A stretch of DNA of 64,000 nucleotides, taken from Eledone cirrhosa (lineage: Eukaryota). This document shows positions 22,502 through 35,600 of the stretch, in pieces. Every line of letters begins with the position of its first letter. Position 1 is the stretch's first letter. The position numbers and the translations under genes are program-made. Under the pieces are notes generated by a model, which was given only the letters and a program-made list of their open reading frames with translations, ran no database searches and was not told where the DNA came from. The stretch is from the NCBI GenBank assembly GCA_964016885.1, contig OZ024754.1:25792001-25856000 (forward strand), given 5' to 3'.

Positions 22502-25500
22502 CCTGCTGCTGTCCACCTCTCCTGAGAGTTTCTTCTCAGACAACATTCTGCTGTCCAGCTCTCCTGAGAGTTTCTTCTCAGACTACCTTCTGATGTCCAC
22601 CTCTCCCTGAGAGTTTCTTCTCAGACAACCTGTGGTTGTCCAACTCTCCTCAGAGTTTCCTCTCTGAGGACCTTCTGCTGTCCAGCTCTCCCTGAGAGTT
22701 TCTTCGCAGACGACCTTCTGCTGTCCAGCTCTCCCTGAGAGTTTCTTATCAGACGACCTGCTGCTGTCCAGCTCTGCCTGAGAGTTTCTTCTCAGACGAC
22801 CTTCTGCTGTCCAGCTCTCCCTGAGAGTTTCTTCTCAGACGACCTGCTGCTGTCCAGCTCTCCCTGAGAATTTCTTCTCAGACAACCTGTTGCTGTCCAG
22901 CTCTCCTGTGAGTTTCTTCTGAGACGACCTTCTGCTGTCCACATCTCCTGAGAGTTTCTTATCAGACGACCATCTGCTGTCCAGCTCTCCTGAGAGTTTC
23001 TTCTCAGACGACCTTCTGCTGTCCACCTCTCCTGAGAGTTTCTTCTCAGACAACCTGCTGCTGTCCACCTCTCCTGAGAGTTTCTTCTCAGACAACCTGT
23101 TGCTGTCCACCTCTCCTGAGAGTTTCTTCTCAGACAACCTGTTGCTGTCCACCTCTCCTGAGAGTTTCTTCTCAGACAACCTGCTGCTGTCCACCTCTCC
23201 TGAGAGTTCCTTCTCAGACAACCTTCTGCTGTCCAGCTCTCCCTGAGAGTTTCTTCTCAGCCGACCTTCTGCTGTCCAGCTCCCCCTGAGAGTTTCTTCT
23301 CAGACAACCTTCTGCTGTCCAGATCTCCTGAGAGTTTCTTCTCAGACGACCTTGTGATGTCCACCTCTCCCTGAGAGTTTCTTCTCAGACAACCTGTGGC
23401 TGTCCAACTCTCCTGAGAGTTTCTTCTCTGAGGACCTTCTGCTATCCAGCTCTCCCTGGGAGTTCCTTCTCAGACGACCTTCTGCTGTCCAGCTCTCCCT
23501 GAGAGTTTCTTCTCAGACGACCTGCTGCTGTCCAGCTCTCCCAGAGAGTTTCTTCTCAGACGACCTGCTGCTGTCCAGCTCTGCCTGAGAATTTCTTCTC
23601 AGACAACCTGTTGCTGTCCAGCTCTCCTGAGAGTTTCTTCTCAGACACACTTCTGCTGACCAGCTCTCCTGAGAGTTTCTTATCAGAGGACCTTCTGTTG
23701 TCCGCCTCTCCCTGAGAGTTTCTTCTCAGACAACCTGTGGCTGTGCAACTCTCCTCAGAGTTTCTTCTCTGAGGACCTTCTGCTATCCAGCTCTCCTGAG
23801 AGTTTCTTCTCAGACGACCTTCTGCTGTCCAGCTCTCCCTGAGAGTTTCTTCTCAGACGACCTTCTGCTGTCCAGCTCTCCCTGAGAATTTCTTCTCAGA
23901 CGACCTTCTGCTGTCCAGCTCTCCCTAAGAGTTTCTTCTCGGACAAACTGCTGCTGTCCACCTCTCCTGAGAGTTTCTTCTCAGACAACCTGCTGCTGTC
24001 CACCTCTCCTGAGAGTTTCTTCTCAGACAATTTGCTGCTGTCCACCTCTCCTGAGAGTTTCTTCTCAGACAACCTTCTGCTGTCCAGCTCTCTTGAGAGT
24101 TTCTTCTCAGACAACCTGCTGCTGTCCACCTCTCCTGAGAGTTTCTTCTCAGACAACCTGCTGCTGTCCACCTCTCCTGAGAGTTTCTTCTCAGACAAGC
24201 TGCTGCTGTCCACCTCTCCTGAGAGTTTCTTCTCAGGCAACCTGCTGCTGTCCACCTCTCCTGAGAGTTTCTTCTCAGACAACCTTCTGCTGTCCAGCTC
24301 TCTTGAGAGTTTCTTCTCAGACAACCTGCTGCTCTCCACCTCTCCTGAGAGTTTCTTCTCAGACAACCTGCTGCTGTCCACCTCTCCTGAGAGTTTCTTC
24401 TCAGACAAGCTGCTGCTGTCCACCTCGCCTGAGAGTTTCTTCTCAGACAACCTGTTGCTGTCCACCTCTCCCTGAGAGTTTCTTCTCAGACAACCTGCTG
24501 CTGTCCACCTCTCCTGAGAGTTTCTTCTCAGACAAACTGATGCTGTCCACCTCTCCTGAGAGTTTCTTCTCAGACGACCTTCTGCTGTCCAGCTCTCCCT
24601 GAGAGTTTCTTCTCAGACAACCTTCAGCTGTCCACCTCTCCTGAGAGTTTCTTCTCAGACAACCTTCTGCTGTCCAGCTCTTCTGAAAGTTTCTTCTCAG
24701 ACAATCTTTTGCTGTACACCTCTCCTGAAAGTTTCTTCACAGACAACCTTCTGCTGTCCACCTCTCCTGAGAGTTTCTTCTGAGACAAACTGTGGCTGTC
24801 CACCTCTCCTGAGAGATTCTTCTCAGACAACCTGCTGCTGTCCACCTCTCCTGAGAGTTTCTTCGCAGACAAGCTGTTGCTGTCCAGCTCTCCCTGAGAG
24901 ATTCTTCTCAGACGACCTTCTGCTGTCCACATCTCCTGAGAGTTTCTTCTCAGACAACCTGCCGCTGTCCACCTCTCCTGAGAGTTTCTTCTCAGACAAC
25001 CTTCTGCTGTCCAGCTCTCCTGAGAGATTCTTCTCAGAGAACCTTCTGCTGTACAGCTCTCCTAAGAGTTTCTTCCCAGACAACCTTCTGCTGTCCAGCT
25101 GTCCCTGAGAGTTTCTTCTCAGACAACCTTCTGCTGTCCAGCTCTCCCTGAGAGTTTCTTCTCAGACAACCTGCTGCTGTCCACCTCTCCTGAGAGTTTC
25201 TTCTCAGACAACCTGTTGCTGTCCACCTCTCCCTGAGAGTTTCTTCTCAGACAACCTGCTGCCTTCCACCTCTCCTGAGAGTTTCTTCTCAGACAACCTG
25301 CTGCTGTCCACCTCTCCTGAGAGTTTCTTCTCAGACGACCTACTGCTGTCCAGCTCTCCCTGAGAGTTTCTTCTCAAACAAACTTCTGCTGTCCACCTCT
25401 CCTGAGAGTTTCTTCTCAGACAACCTTCTGCTGTCCAGCTCTCCTGAGAGTTTCTTCTCAGACAACCTTCTGCTGCCCAGCTCTCCTGAGAGTTTCTTCT

Positions 25501-26946
25501 CAGACAACCTGCTGCTGTCCACCTCTCCTGAGAGTTTCTTCTCAGACAACATTCTGCTGTCCAGCTCTCCTGAGAGTTTCTTCTCAGACTACCTTCTGAT
25601 GTCCACCTCTCCCTGAGAGTTTCTTCTCAGACAACCTGTGGTTGTCCAACTCTCCTCAGAGTTTCCTCTCTGAGGACCTTCTGCTGTCCAGCTCTCCCTG
25701 AGAGTTTCTTCGCAGACGACCTTCTGCTGTCCAGCTCTCCCTGAGAGTTTCTTATCAGACGACCTGCTGCTGTCCAGCTCTGCCTGAGAGTTTCTTCTCA
25801 GACGACCTTCTGCTGTCCAGCTCTCCCTGAGAGTTTCTTCTCAGACGACCTGCTGCTGTCCAGCTCTCCCTGAGAATTTCTTCTCAGACAACCTGTTGCT
25901 GTCCAGCTCTCCTGTGAGTTTCTTCTGAGACGACCTTCTGCTGTCCACATCTCCTGAGAGTTTCTTATCAGACGACCATCTGCTGTCCAGCTCTCCTGAG
26001 AGTTTCTTCTCAGACGACCTTCTGCTGTCCACCTCTCCTGAGAGTTTCTTCTCAGACAACCTGCTGCTGTCCACCTCTCCTGAGAGTTTCTTCTCAGACA
26101 ACCTGTTGCTGTCCACCTCTCCTGAGAGTTTCTTCTCAGACAACCTGTTGCTGTCCACCTCTCCTGAGAGTTTCTTCTCAGACAACCTGCTGCTGTCCAC
26201 CTCTCCTGAGAGTTCCTTCTCAGACAACCTTCTGCTGTCCAGCTCTCCCTGAGAGTTTCTTCTCAGCCGACCTTCTGCTGTCCAGCTCCCCCTGAGAGTT
26301 TCTTCTCAGACAACCTTCTGCTGTCCAGATCTCCTGAGAGTTTCTTCTCAGACGACCTTGTGATGTCCACCTCTCCCTGAGAGTTTCTTCTCAGACAACC
26401 TGTGGCTGTCCAACTCTCCTGAGAGTTTCTTCTCTGAGGACCTTCTGCTATCCAGCTCTCCCTGGGAGTTCCTTCTCAGACGACCTTCTGCTGTCCAGCT
26501 CTCCCTGAGAGTTTCTTCTCAGACGACCTGCTGCTGTCCAGCTCTCCCAGAGAGTTTCTTCTCAGACGACCTGCTGCTGTCCAGCTCTGCCTGAGAATTT
26601 CTTCTCAGACAACCTGTTGCTGTCCAGCTCTCCTGAGAGTTTCTTCTCAGACACACTTCTGCTGACCAGCTCTCCTGAGAGTTTCTTATCAGAGGACCTT
26701 CTGTTGTCCGCCTCTCCCTGAGAGTTTCTTCTCAGACAACCTGTGGCTGTGCAACTCTCCTCAGAGTTTCTTCTCTGAGGACCTTCTGCTATCCAGCTCT
26801 CCTGAGAGTTTCTTCTCAGACGACCTTCTGCTGTCCAGCTCTCCCTGAGAGTTTCTTCTCAGACGACCTTCTGCTGTCCAGCTCTCCCTGAGAATTTCTT
26901 CTCAGACGACCTTCTGCTGTCCAGCTCTCCCTAAGAGTTTCTTCTC
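20922..26946. repeat. Tandem duplication of a 3006-bp block (~71 monomers), overlapping the 3709-bp duplication
   Basis: Identical ORFs at offset 3006 (21026->24032, 21618->24624, 22334->25340, 22835->25841). The junction at ~23928-23941 is a hybrid monomer 'ctccctaagagtttcttctcggacaaactg'. Confidence 0.93.
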
Positions 26947-29659
26947 AGACAACCTGCTGCTGTCCACCTCTCCTGAGAGTTTCTTCTCAGACAACCTGCT
27001 GCTGTCCACCTCTCCTGTGAGTTTCTTCTCAGACGAACTTCTGCTGTCCACCTCTCCTGAGAGTTTCTTTCAGACAACCTGCTGCTGTCCAGCTCTCTTG
27101 AGAGTTTCTTCTCAGACAACCTTCTTCCGTCTATCTCTCCTGAGAGTTTCTTCTCAGACAAGCTGTTGCTGTCCAGCTCTCCCTGAGAGTTTCTTCTCAG
27201 ACGACCTTCTGCTGTCCACCTCTCCTGCGAGTTTCTTCTCAGACAACCTGCCGCTGTCTACATCTCCTGAGACTTTCTTCTCAGACAACCTTCTGCTGTC
27301 CAGCTCTCATGAGAGTTTCTTCTCAGACAACCTGCTGCTGTGCACCTCTCCTGAGAGTTTCTTCTCAGACAACCTTCTGCTGTCGAGCTCTCCTGGGATT
27401 TTCTTCTTAGACGACCTTCTGCTGTCCAGCCCTCATGAGAGTTTCTTCTCAGACAACCTTCTGCTGTCCACCTATCCTGAGAGGTTCTTCTCAGATAACC
27501 TGCTGCTGTCCAGCTCTCCTGAGAGATTCTTCTCAGACAACCTTCTGCTGTTCACCTCTCCTGGGAGTTTCTTCTCAGACAACCTTCTGCTGTCCACCTC
27601 TCCTGAGAGTTTCTTCTCAGACAACCTTCTGCTGTCCAGCTCTCCCTTAGATTTTCTTCTCAGAAAACCTTCTGCTGTCCAGTTCTCCTGAGAGTTTCTT
27701 CACAGACGACCTTCTGCTGTACACCTCTCCCTGAGAGTTTCTTCTCAGACAAACTGTGGCTGTCCAACTCTCCTCAGAGTTTCTTCTCTGAGGACATTCT
27801 GCTGTCCAGCTTTCCCTGAGAGTTTCTTCTCAAACGACCTTGTGCTGTCCAGCTCTCCCTGAGAGTTTCTTCTCAGACGACCTTCTGCTGTCCAGCTCTC
27901 CCTGAGAGTTTCTTCTCAGACGACATTCTGCTGTCCAGCTCTCCCTGAGAGTTTCTTCTCAGACAGCCTTCTGCTGTCCACCTCTCCTGAAAGTTTCTTC
28001 TCAGACAACCTGCTGCTCTCCAGCTCTCCTGAGAGTTTCTTCTCAGACAAGCTGATGCTGTCCACCTCTCCTGAGAGTTTCTTCTCAGACAACCTGCTGC
28101 TGTCCACCTCTCCTGAGAGTTCCTTCTCAGACAACCTTCTGCTGTCCAGCTCTCCCTGAGAGTTTCTTCTCAGCCGACCTTCTGCTGTCCAGCTCCCCCT
28201 GAGAGTTTCTTCTCAGACAACCTTCTGCTGTCCAGATCTCCTGAGAGTTTCTTCTCAGACGACCTTGTGATGTCCACCTCTCCCTGAGAGTTTCTTCTCA
28301 GACAACCTGTGGCTGTCCAACTCTCCTGAGAGTTTCTTCTCTGAGGACCTTCTGCTATCCAGCTCTCCCTGGGAGTTCCTTCTCAGACGACCTTCTGCTG
28401 TCCAGCTCTCCCTGAGAGTTTCTTCTCAGACGACCTGCTTCTGTCCAGCTCTCCCAGAGAGTTTCTTCTCAGACGACCTGCTGCTGTCCAGCTCTCCCTG
28501 AGAATTTCTTCTCAGACAACCTGTTGCTGTCCAGCTCTCCTGAGAGTTTCTTCTCAGACACACTTCTGCTGACCAGCTCTCCTGAGAGTTTCTTATCAGA
28601 GGACCTTCTGTTGTCCGCCTCTCCCTGAGAGTTTCTTCTCAGACAACCTGTGGCTGTGCAACTCTCCTCAGAGTTTCTTCTCTGAGGACCTTCTGCTATC
28701 CAGCTCTCCTGAGAGTTTCTTCTCAGACGACCTTCTGCTGTCCAGCTCTCCCTGAGAGTTTCTTCTCAGACGACCTTCTGCTGTCCAGCTCTCCCTGAGA
28801 ATTTCTTCTCAGACGACCTTCTGCTGTCCAGCTCTCCCTAAGAGTTTCTTCTCAGACAACCTGCTGCTGTCCACCTCTCCTGAGAGTTTCTTCTCAGACA
28901 ACCTGCTGCTGTCCACCTCTCCTGTGAGTTTCTTCTCAGACGAACTTCTGCTGTCCACCTCTCCTGAGAGTTTCTTTCAGACAACCTGCTGCTGTCCAGC
29001 TCTCTTGAGAGTTTCTTCTCAGACAACCTTCTTCTGTCTATCTCTCCTGAGAGTTTCTTCTCAGACAAGCTGTTGCTGTCCAGCTCTCCCTGAGAGTTTC
29101 TTCTCAGACGACCTTCTGCTGTCCACCTCTCCTGCGAGTTTCTTCTCAGACAACCTGCCGCTGTCTACATCTCCTGAGACTTTCTTCTCAGACAACCTTC
29201 TGCTGTCCAGCTCTCATGAGAGTTTCTTCTCAGACAACCTGCTGCTGTGCACCTCTCCTGAGAGTCTCTTCTCAGACAACCTTCTGCTGTCGAGCTCTCC
29301 TGGGATTTTCTTCTTAGACGACCTTCTGCTGTCCAGCCCTCATGAGAGTTTCTTCTCAGACAACCTTCTGCTGTCCACCTATCCTGAGAGGTTCTTCTCA
29401 GATAACCTGCTGCTGTCCAGCTCTCCTGAGAGATTCTTCTCAGACAACCTTCTGCTGTTCACCTCTCCTGGGAGTTCTCTTCTCAGACAACCTTCTGCTG
29501 TCCACCTCTCCTGAGAGTTTCTTCTCAGACAACCTTCTGCTGTCCAGCTCTCCCTTAGATTTTCTTCTCAGAAAACCTTCTGCTGTCCAGTTCTCCTGAG
29601 AGTTTCTTCACAGACGACCTTCTGCTGTACACCTCTCCCTGAGAGTTTCTTCTCAGACA
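26149..29659. repeat. Tandem duplication of a 1907-bp block (~45 monomers, ~1.8 copies)
   Basis: ORF offsets of 1907 (26931->28838, 27017->28924) become 1908 after a 1-bp insertion near 29476. Shared private variants include 'gagttccttc', 'gacgaactt', 'tttctttcag' and 'cctgggattttc'. Confidence 0.9.
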
Positions 29660-32600
29660 GCCTTCTGCTGTCCACCTCTCCTGAAAGTTTCTTCTCAGAC
29701 AACCTGCTGCTCTCCAGCTCTCCTGAGAGTTTCTTCTCAGACAAGCTGATGCTGTCCACCTCTCCTGAGAGTTTCTTCTCAGACAACCTTCTGCTGTCCA
29801 ACTCTCCTGAGAGTTTCTTCTCAGACGACCTTCAGCTGTCCAGCTCTCCTGAGAGTTTCTTCTCAGACAACATTCTGCTCTCCAGCTCTCCTGAGAGTTT
29901 CTTCTCAGACAATCTTCTGTTGTCCAGCTCTCCTGAGAGTTTCTTCTCAGACAACCTGCTGCTGTCCACTTCTCCTGAGAGTTTCTTCACAGACAACCTT
30001 CTGCTGTCCAGCTCTCCCTGAGAGTTTCTTCTCAGACAACCTTCTGCTGTCCAGCTCTCCTGAGAGTTTCTTCTCAGACGACCTTCTGCTGTCCACCTCT
30101 CCCTGAGAGTTTCTTCTCAGACAACCTTCTGCTGTCCAGCTCTCCTGAGAGTTTCTTCTCAGAGGACCTTCTGTTGTCCACCTCTCCCTGAGAGTTTCTT
30201 CTCAGACAACCTGTGGCTGTCCAACTCTCCTCAGAGTTTCTTCTCTCAGGACCTTCTGCTTTCCAGCTCTCCAGAGAGTTTCTTCTCAGACGACCTTGTG
30301 CTGTCCAGCTCTCCCTGAGAATTTCTTCTCAGACGACCTTCTGCTGTCCAGCTCTCCCTAAGAGTTTCTTCTCAGACAACCTGCTGCTGTCCACCTCTCC
30401 TGAGAGTTTCTTCTCAGACAACCTGCTGCTGTCCACCTCTCCTGTGAGTTTCTTCTCAGACGACCTTCTGCTGTCCACCTCTCCTGAGAGTTTCTTTCAG
30501 ACAACCTGCTGCTGTCCAGCTCTCTTGAGAGATTCTTCTCAGACAACCTGCTGCTGTCCATCTCTCCTGAGAGTTTCTTCTCAGACAAGCTGTTGCTGTC
30601 CAGCTCTCCCTGAGAGTTTCTTCTCAGACGACCTTCTGCTGTCCACCTCTCCTGAGAGTTTCTTCTCAGACAACCTGCCGCTGTCTACCTCTCCTGAGAC
30701 TTTCTTCTCAGACAACCTTCTGCTGTCCAGCTCTCCTGAGAGTTGCGTCTCAGACAACCTGTGGCTGTCCACCTCTCCTGAAAGTTTCTTCTCAGACAAC
30801 CTGCTGCTCTCCAGCTCTCCTGAGAGTTTCTTCTCAGACAAGCTGATGCTGTCCACCTCTCCTGAGAGTTTCTTCTCAGACAACCTTCTGCTGTCCAACT
30901 CTCCTGAGAGTTTCTTCTCAGACGACCTTCAGCTGTCCAGCTCTTCTGAGAGTTTCTTCTCAGACAACATTCTGCTCTCCAGCTCTCCTGAGAGTTTCTT
31001 CTCAGACAATCTTCTGTTGTCCAGCTCTCCTGAGAGTTTCTTCTCAGACAACCTGCTGCTGTCCACTTCTCCTGAGAGTTTCTTCACAGACAACCTTCTG
31101 CTGTCCAGCTCTCCCTGAGAGTTTCTTCTCAGACAACCTTTTGCTGTCCAGCTCTCCTGAGAGTTTCTTCTCAGACGACCTTCTGCTGTCCAGCTCTCCC
31201 TGAGAGTTTCTTCTCAGACAACCTGTGGCTGTCCCACTCTCCTCAGAGTTTCTTCTCTGAGGACCTTCTGATGTCCAGCTCTCCCTGAGAGTTTCTTCTC
31301 AGACGACCTGCTGCTATCCAGCTCTCCCTGAGAGATTCTTCTCAGACAACCTTCTGCTGTCCACCTCTCCATGAGAGTTTCTTCTCAGACAACCTGTGGC
31401 TGTCGAACTCTCCTCAGAGTTTCTTCTCAGACAACCTTCTGCTCTCCAGCTCTCCTGAGAGTTTCTTCTCAGACAGCCTTCTGCTGTCCACCTCTACTGA
31501 AAGTTTCCTCACTGATAACCTTCTGCTGTCAAAATCTCCTGAGAGTTTCTTCTCAGACAACCTTCTGCTCTCCAGCTCTCCTGAGAGTTTCTTCTCAGAC
31601 AACCTGCCGTTATCCAGCTCTCCAGAGAGTTTCTTTTCAGACAACCTGCTGCTGTCCACCTCTCCTGAGAGTTTCTTCTCAGACAACCTTCTGCTGTCCA
31701 CTCTCCTGAGAGTTTCTTCTCAGAGAACCTGCTGTTGTCCACCTCTCATGAGAGTTTCTTCTCAGACAACCTGCTGCTGTCCACCTCTCCTGAGAGTTTC
31801 TTCTCAGACAACCTTCTGCTGTCCACCTCTCCTGAGAGTTTCTTCTCAGACAACCTGTGGCTGCCCACCTCTCCTGAGAGTTTCTTCTTAGACAACCTTC
31901 TGCTGTCCAGCTCTCCTGAGAGTTTCTTCTCCGACAGCCTTCTGGTGTCCACCTCTCCTGAAAGTTTCTTCACAGATAACCTTCTGCTGTCCCCCTCTCC
32001 TGAGAGTTTCTGCTCAGACAACCTGTGGCTCTCCACCTCTCCTGAGAGTTTCTTCTCAGATAACCTTCTGCTGTCCAGCTCTCCCTGAGAGTTTCTTCTC
32101 TGACAACCTTCTGCTGTCCAGCTCTCCTGAGAGATTCTTCTCAGGCAACCTGCTGCTGTCCACCTCTCCTGAGAGTTTCTTCTCAGACAACCTGCTGCTG
32201 TCCACCTCTCCTGAGAGTTTCTTCTCAGACAACCTGCTGTTGTCCACCTCTCCTGAGAGTTTCTTCTCAGACAACCTGCTGCTGTCCACCTCTCCTGAGA
32301 GTTTCTTCTCAGACAACATTCTGCTGTCCAGATCTCCTGAGAGTTTCTTCTCAGACAACCTTCTGCTGTCCACCTCTCCTGAGAGTTTCTTCTCATACAA
32401 CCTTCTGCTGTCCACCTCTCCTGAGAGTTTCTTCTCAGACGACCTTCTGCTGTCCAGCTCTCCCTGAGAGTTTCTTCTCAGACGACCTTCTGCTGTCCAG
32501 CTCTCCCTGAGAGTTTCTTCTCAGACGACCTTATGCTGTCCACCTCTCCCTGAGAGTTTCTTCTCAGACAACCTGTGGCTGTCCACCTCTCCTGAGAGTT

Positions 32601-35600
32601 TCTTCTCAGACAACCTTCTGCTGTCCAGCTCTCCTGACAGTTTCTTCTCAGACAGCCTTCTGCTGTCCACCTCTCCTGAAAGTTTCTTCACAGATAACCT
32701 TCTGCTGTCCACCTCTCCTGAGAGTTTCTTCTCAGACAACCTTCTCCTGTCCAGCTCTCCCTGAGAGTTTCTTCTCAGACAACCTTCTGCTGTCCAGCTC
32801 TCCTGAGAGTTTCTTCTCAGACAACCTGCTGCTGTCCACCTCTCCTGAGAGTTTCTTCTCAGACAACCTGCTGCTGTCCACCTCTCCTGAGAGTTTCTTC
32901 TCAGACAACCTGCTGTTGTCCACCTCTACTGAAAATTTCTTCTCAGACAACCTGCTGCTGTCCACCTCTCCTGAGAGTTTCTTCTCAGACAACCTTCTGC
33001 TGTCCACCTCTCCTGCGAGGTTCTTCTCAGATAACCTTCTGCTGTCCAGCTCTCCTGAGAGTTTCTTCTCAGACAACCTGCCGCTGTCTACATCTCCTGA
33101 GAGTTTCTTCTCAGACAACCTTCTGCTGTCCAGCTCTCATGAGAGTTTCTTCTCAGACAACCTGCTGCTGTGCACCTCTCATGAGAGTTTCTTCTCAGAC
33201 AACCTTCGGCTGTCGAGCTCTCCTGAGATTTTCTTCTTAGACGACCTTCTGCTGTCCAGCTCTCCTGAGAGTTTCTTCTCAGACAACCTTCTGCTGTCCA
33301 CCTCTCCTGAGAGTTTCTTCTCAGACAACCTTCTGCTGTCCACCTCTCCTGAGAGTTTCTTCTCAGACAACCTTCTGCTGTCCAGCTCTCCCTTAGATTT
33401 TCTTCTCAGAAAACCTTCTGCTGTCCAGTTCTCCTGAGAGTTTTTTCACAGACGACCTTCTGCTGTCCACCTCTCCCTGAGAGTTTCTTCTCAGACAACC
33501 TGTGGCTGTCCAACTCTCCTCAGAGTTTCTTCTCTGAGGACCTTCTGCTGTCCAGCTTTCCCTGAGAGTTTCTTCTCATACGACCTTGTGCTGTCCAGCT
33601 CTCCCTGAGAGTTTCTTCTCAGACGACCTTCTGCTGTCCAGCTCTCCCTGAGAGTTTCTTCTCAGACGACATTCTGCTGTCCAGCTCTCCCTGAGAGTTT
33701 CTTCTCAGACGACCTTCTGCTGTCCACCTCTCCTGAAAGTTTCTTCTGAGACAACCTGCTGCTCTCCAGCTCTCCTGAGAGTTTCTTCCCAGACAACCTT
33801 CTGCTGTCCAACTCTCCTGAGAGTTTCTTCCCAGACGACCTGCTGCTGTCCAGCTCTCCCTGAGAGTTTCTTCTCAGACGACCTTCTGCTGTCCAGCTCT
33901 CCCTGAGAGTTTCTTCTCAGACGACCTTCTGCTTTCCACCTCTCCCTGAGAGTTTCTTCGCAGACAACCTTCTGCTGTCCACCTCTCCCTGAGAGTTTCT
34001 TCTCAGACAACCTGTGGCTGTCCAACTCTCCTCAGAGTTTCTTCTCTGAGGACCTTCTGCTCTCCAGCTCTCCTGAGAGTTTCTTCTCAGACGACCTTCT
34101 GCTGTTCAGCTCTCCCTGAGAATTACTTCCTAGACGACCTTCTGCTGTCCAGCTCTCCCTAAGAGTTTCTTCTCAGACAACCTGCTGCTGTCCACCTCTC
34201 CTGAGAGTTTCTTCTCAGACAACCTGCTGCTGTCCACCTCTCCTGTGAGTTTCTTCTCAGACGACCTTCTTCTGTCCACCTCTCCTGAGAGTTTCTTCTC
34301 AGACAAGCTGTTGCTGTCCAGCTCTCCCTGAAAGTTTCTTCTCAGACGACCTTCTGCTGTCCACCTCTCCTGAGAGTTTCTTCTCAGACAACCTGCCGGT
34401 GTCTACCTCTCCTGAGACTTTCTTCTCAGACAACCTTCTGCTGTCCAGCTCTCCTGAGAGTTTCGTCTCAGACAACCTGTGGCTGTCCACCTCTCCTGAA
34501 AGTTTCTTCTCAGACAACCTGCTGCTCTCCAGCTCTCCTGAGAGTTTCTTCTCAGACAAGCTGATGCTGTCCACCTCTCCTGAGACTTTCTTCTCAGACA
34601 ACCTTCTGCTGTCCAACTCTCCTGAGAGTTTCTTCTCAGACGACCTTCAGCTGTCCAGCTCTCCTGAGAGTTTCTTCTCAGACAACATTCTGCTCTCCAG
34701 CTCTCCTGAGAGTTTCTTCTCAGACAATCTTCTGTTGTCCAGCTATCCTGAGAGTTTCTTCTCAGACAACCTGCTGCTGTCCACTTCTCCTGAGAGTTTC
34801 TTCACAGACAACCTTCTGCTGTCCAGCTCTCCCTGAGAGTTTCTTCTCAGACAACCTTCTGCTGTCCAGCTCTCCTGATAGTTTCTGCTCAGTCGACCTT
34901 CTGCTGTCCAGCTCTCCCTGAGAGTTTCTTCTCAGACAACCTGTGGCTGTCCCACTCTCCTCAGAGTTTCTTCTCTGAGGACCTTCTGCTGTCCAGCTCT
35001 CCCTGAGAGTTTCTTCTCAGGCGACCTGCTGCTGTCCAGCTCTCCCTGAGAGCTTCTTCTCAGACAACCTTCTGCTGTCCAGCTCTCCATGAGAGTTTCT
35101 TCTCAGACAACCTGTGGCTCTCCAGCTCTCCTGAGAGTTTCTTCTCAGACAGCCTTCTGCTGTCCACCTCTACTGAAAGTTTCCTCACTGATAACCTTCT
35201 GCTGTCAAAATCTCCTGAGAGTTTCTTCTCAGACAGCCTTCTGGTGTCCACCTCTCCTGAAAGTTTCTTCACAGATAACCTTCTGCTGTCCCCCTCTCCT
35301 GAGAGTTTCTTCTCAGACAACCTGTGGCTCTCCACCTCTCCTGAGTGTTTCTTCTCAGATAACCTTCTGCTGTCCAGCTCTCCCTGAGAGTTTCTTCTCA
35401 GACAACCTGCTGCTGTCCAGCTCTCCTGAGAGTTTCTTGTCAGGCAACCTGCTGCTGTCCACCTCTCCTGAGAGTTTCTTCTCAGACAACCTGCTGTTGT
35501 CCACCTCTCCTGAGAGTTTCTTCTCAGACAACCTGCTGCTGTCCACCTCTCCTGAGAGTTTCTTCTCAGACAACATTCTGCTGTCCAGATCTCCTGAGAG

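Noticed and set aside
23752-23775. Hairpin as rho-independent terminator or structured ncRNA
   Set aside because: There is no following U-tract, no upstream gene, and it is embedded in satellite monomers.
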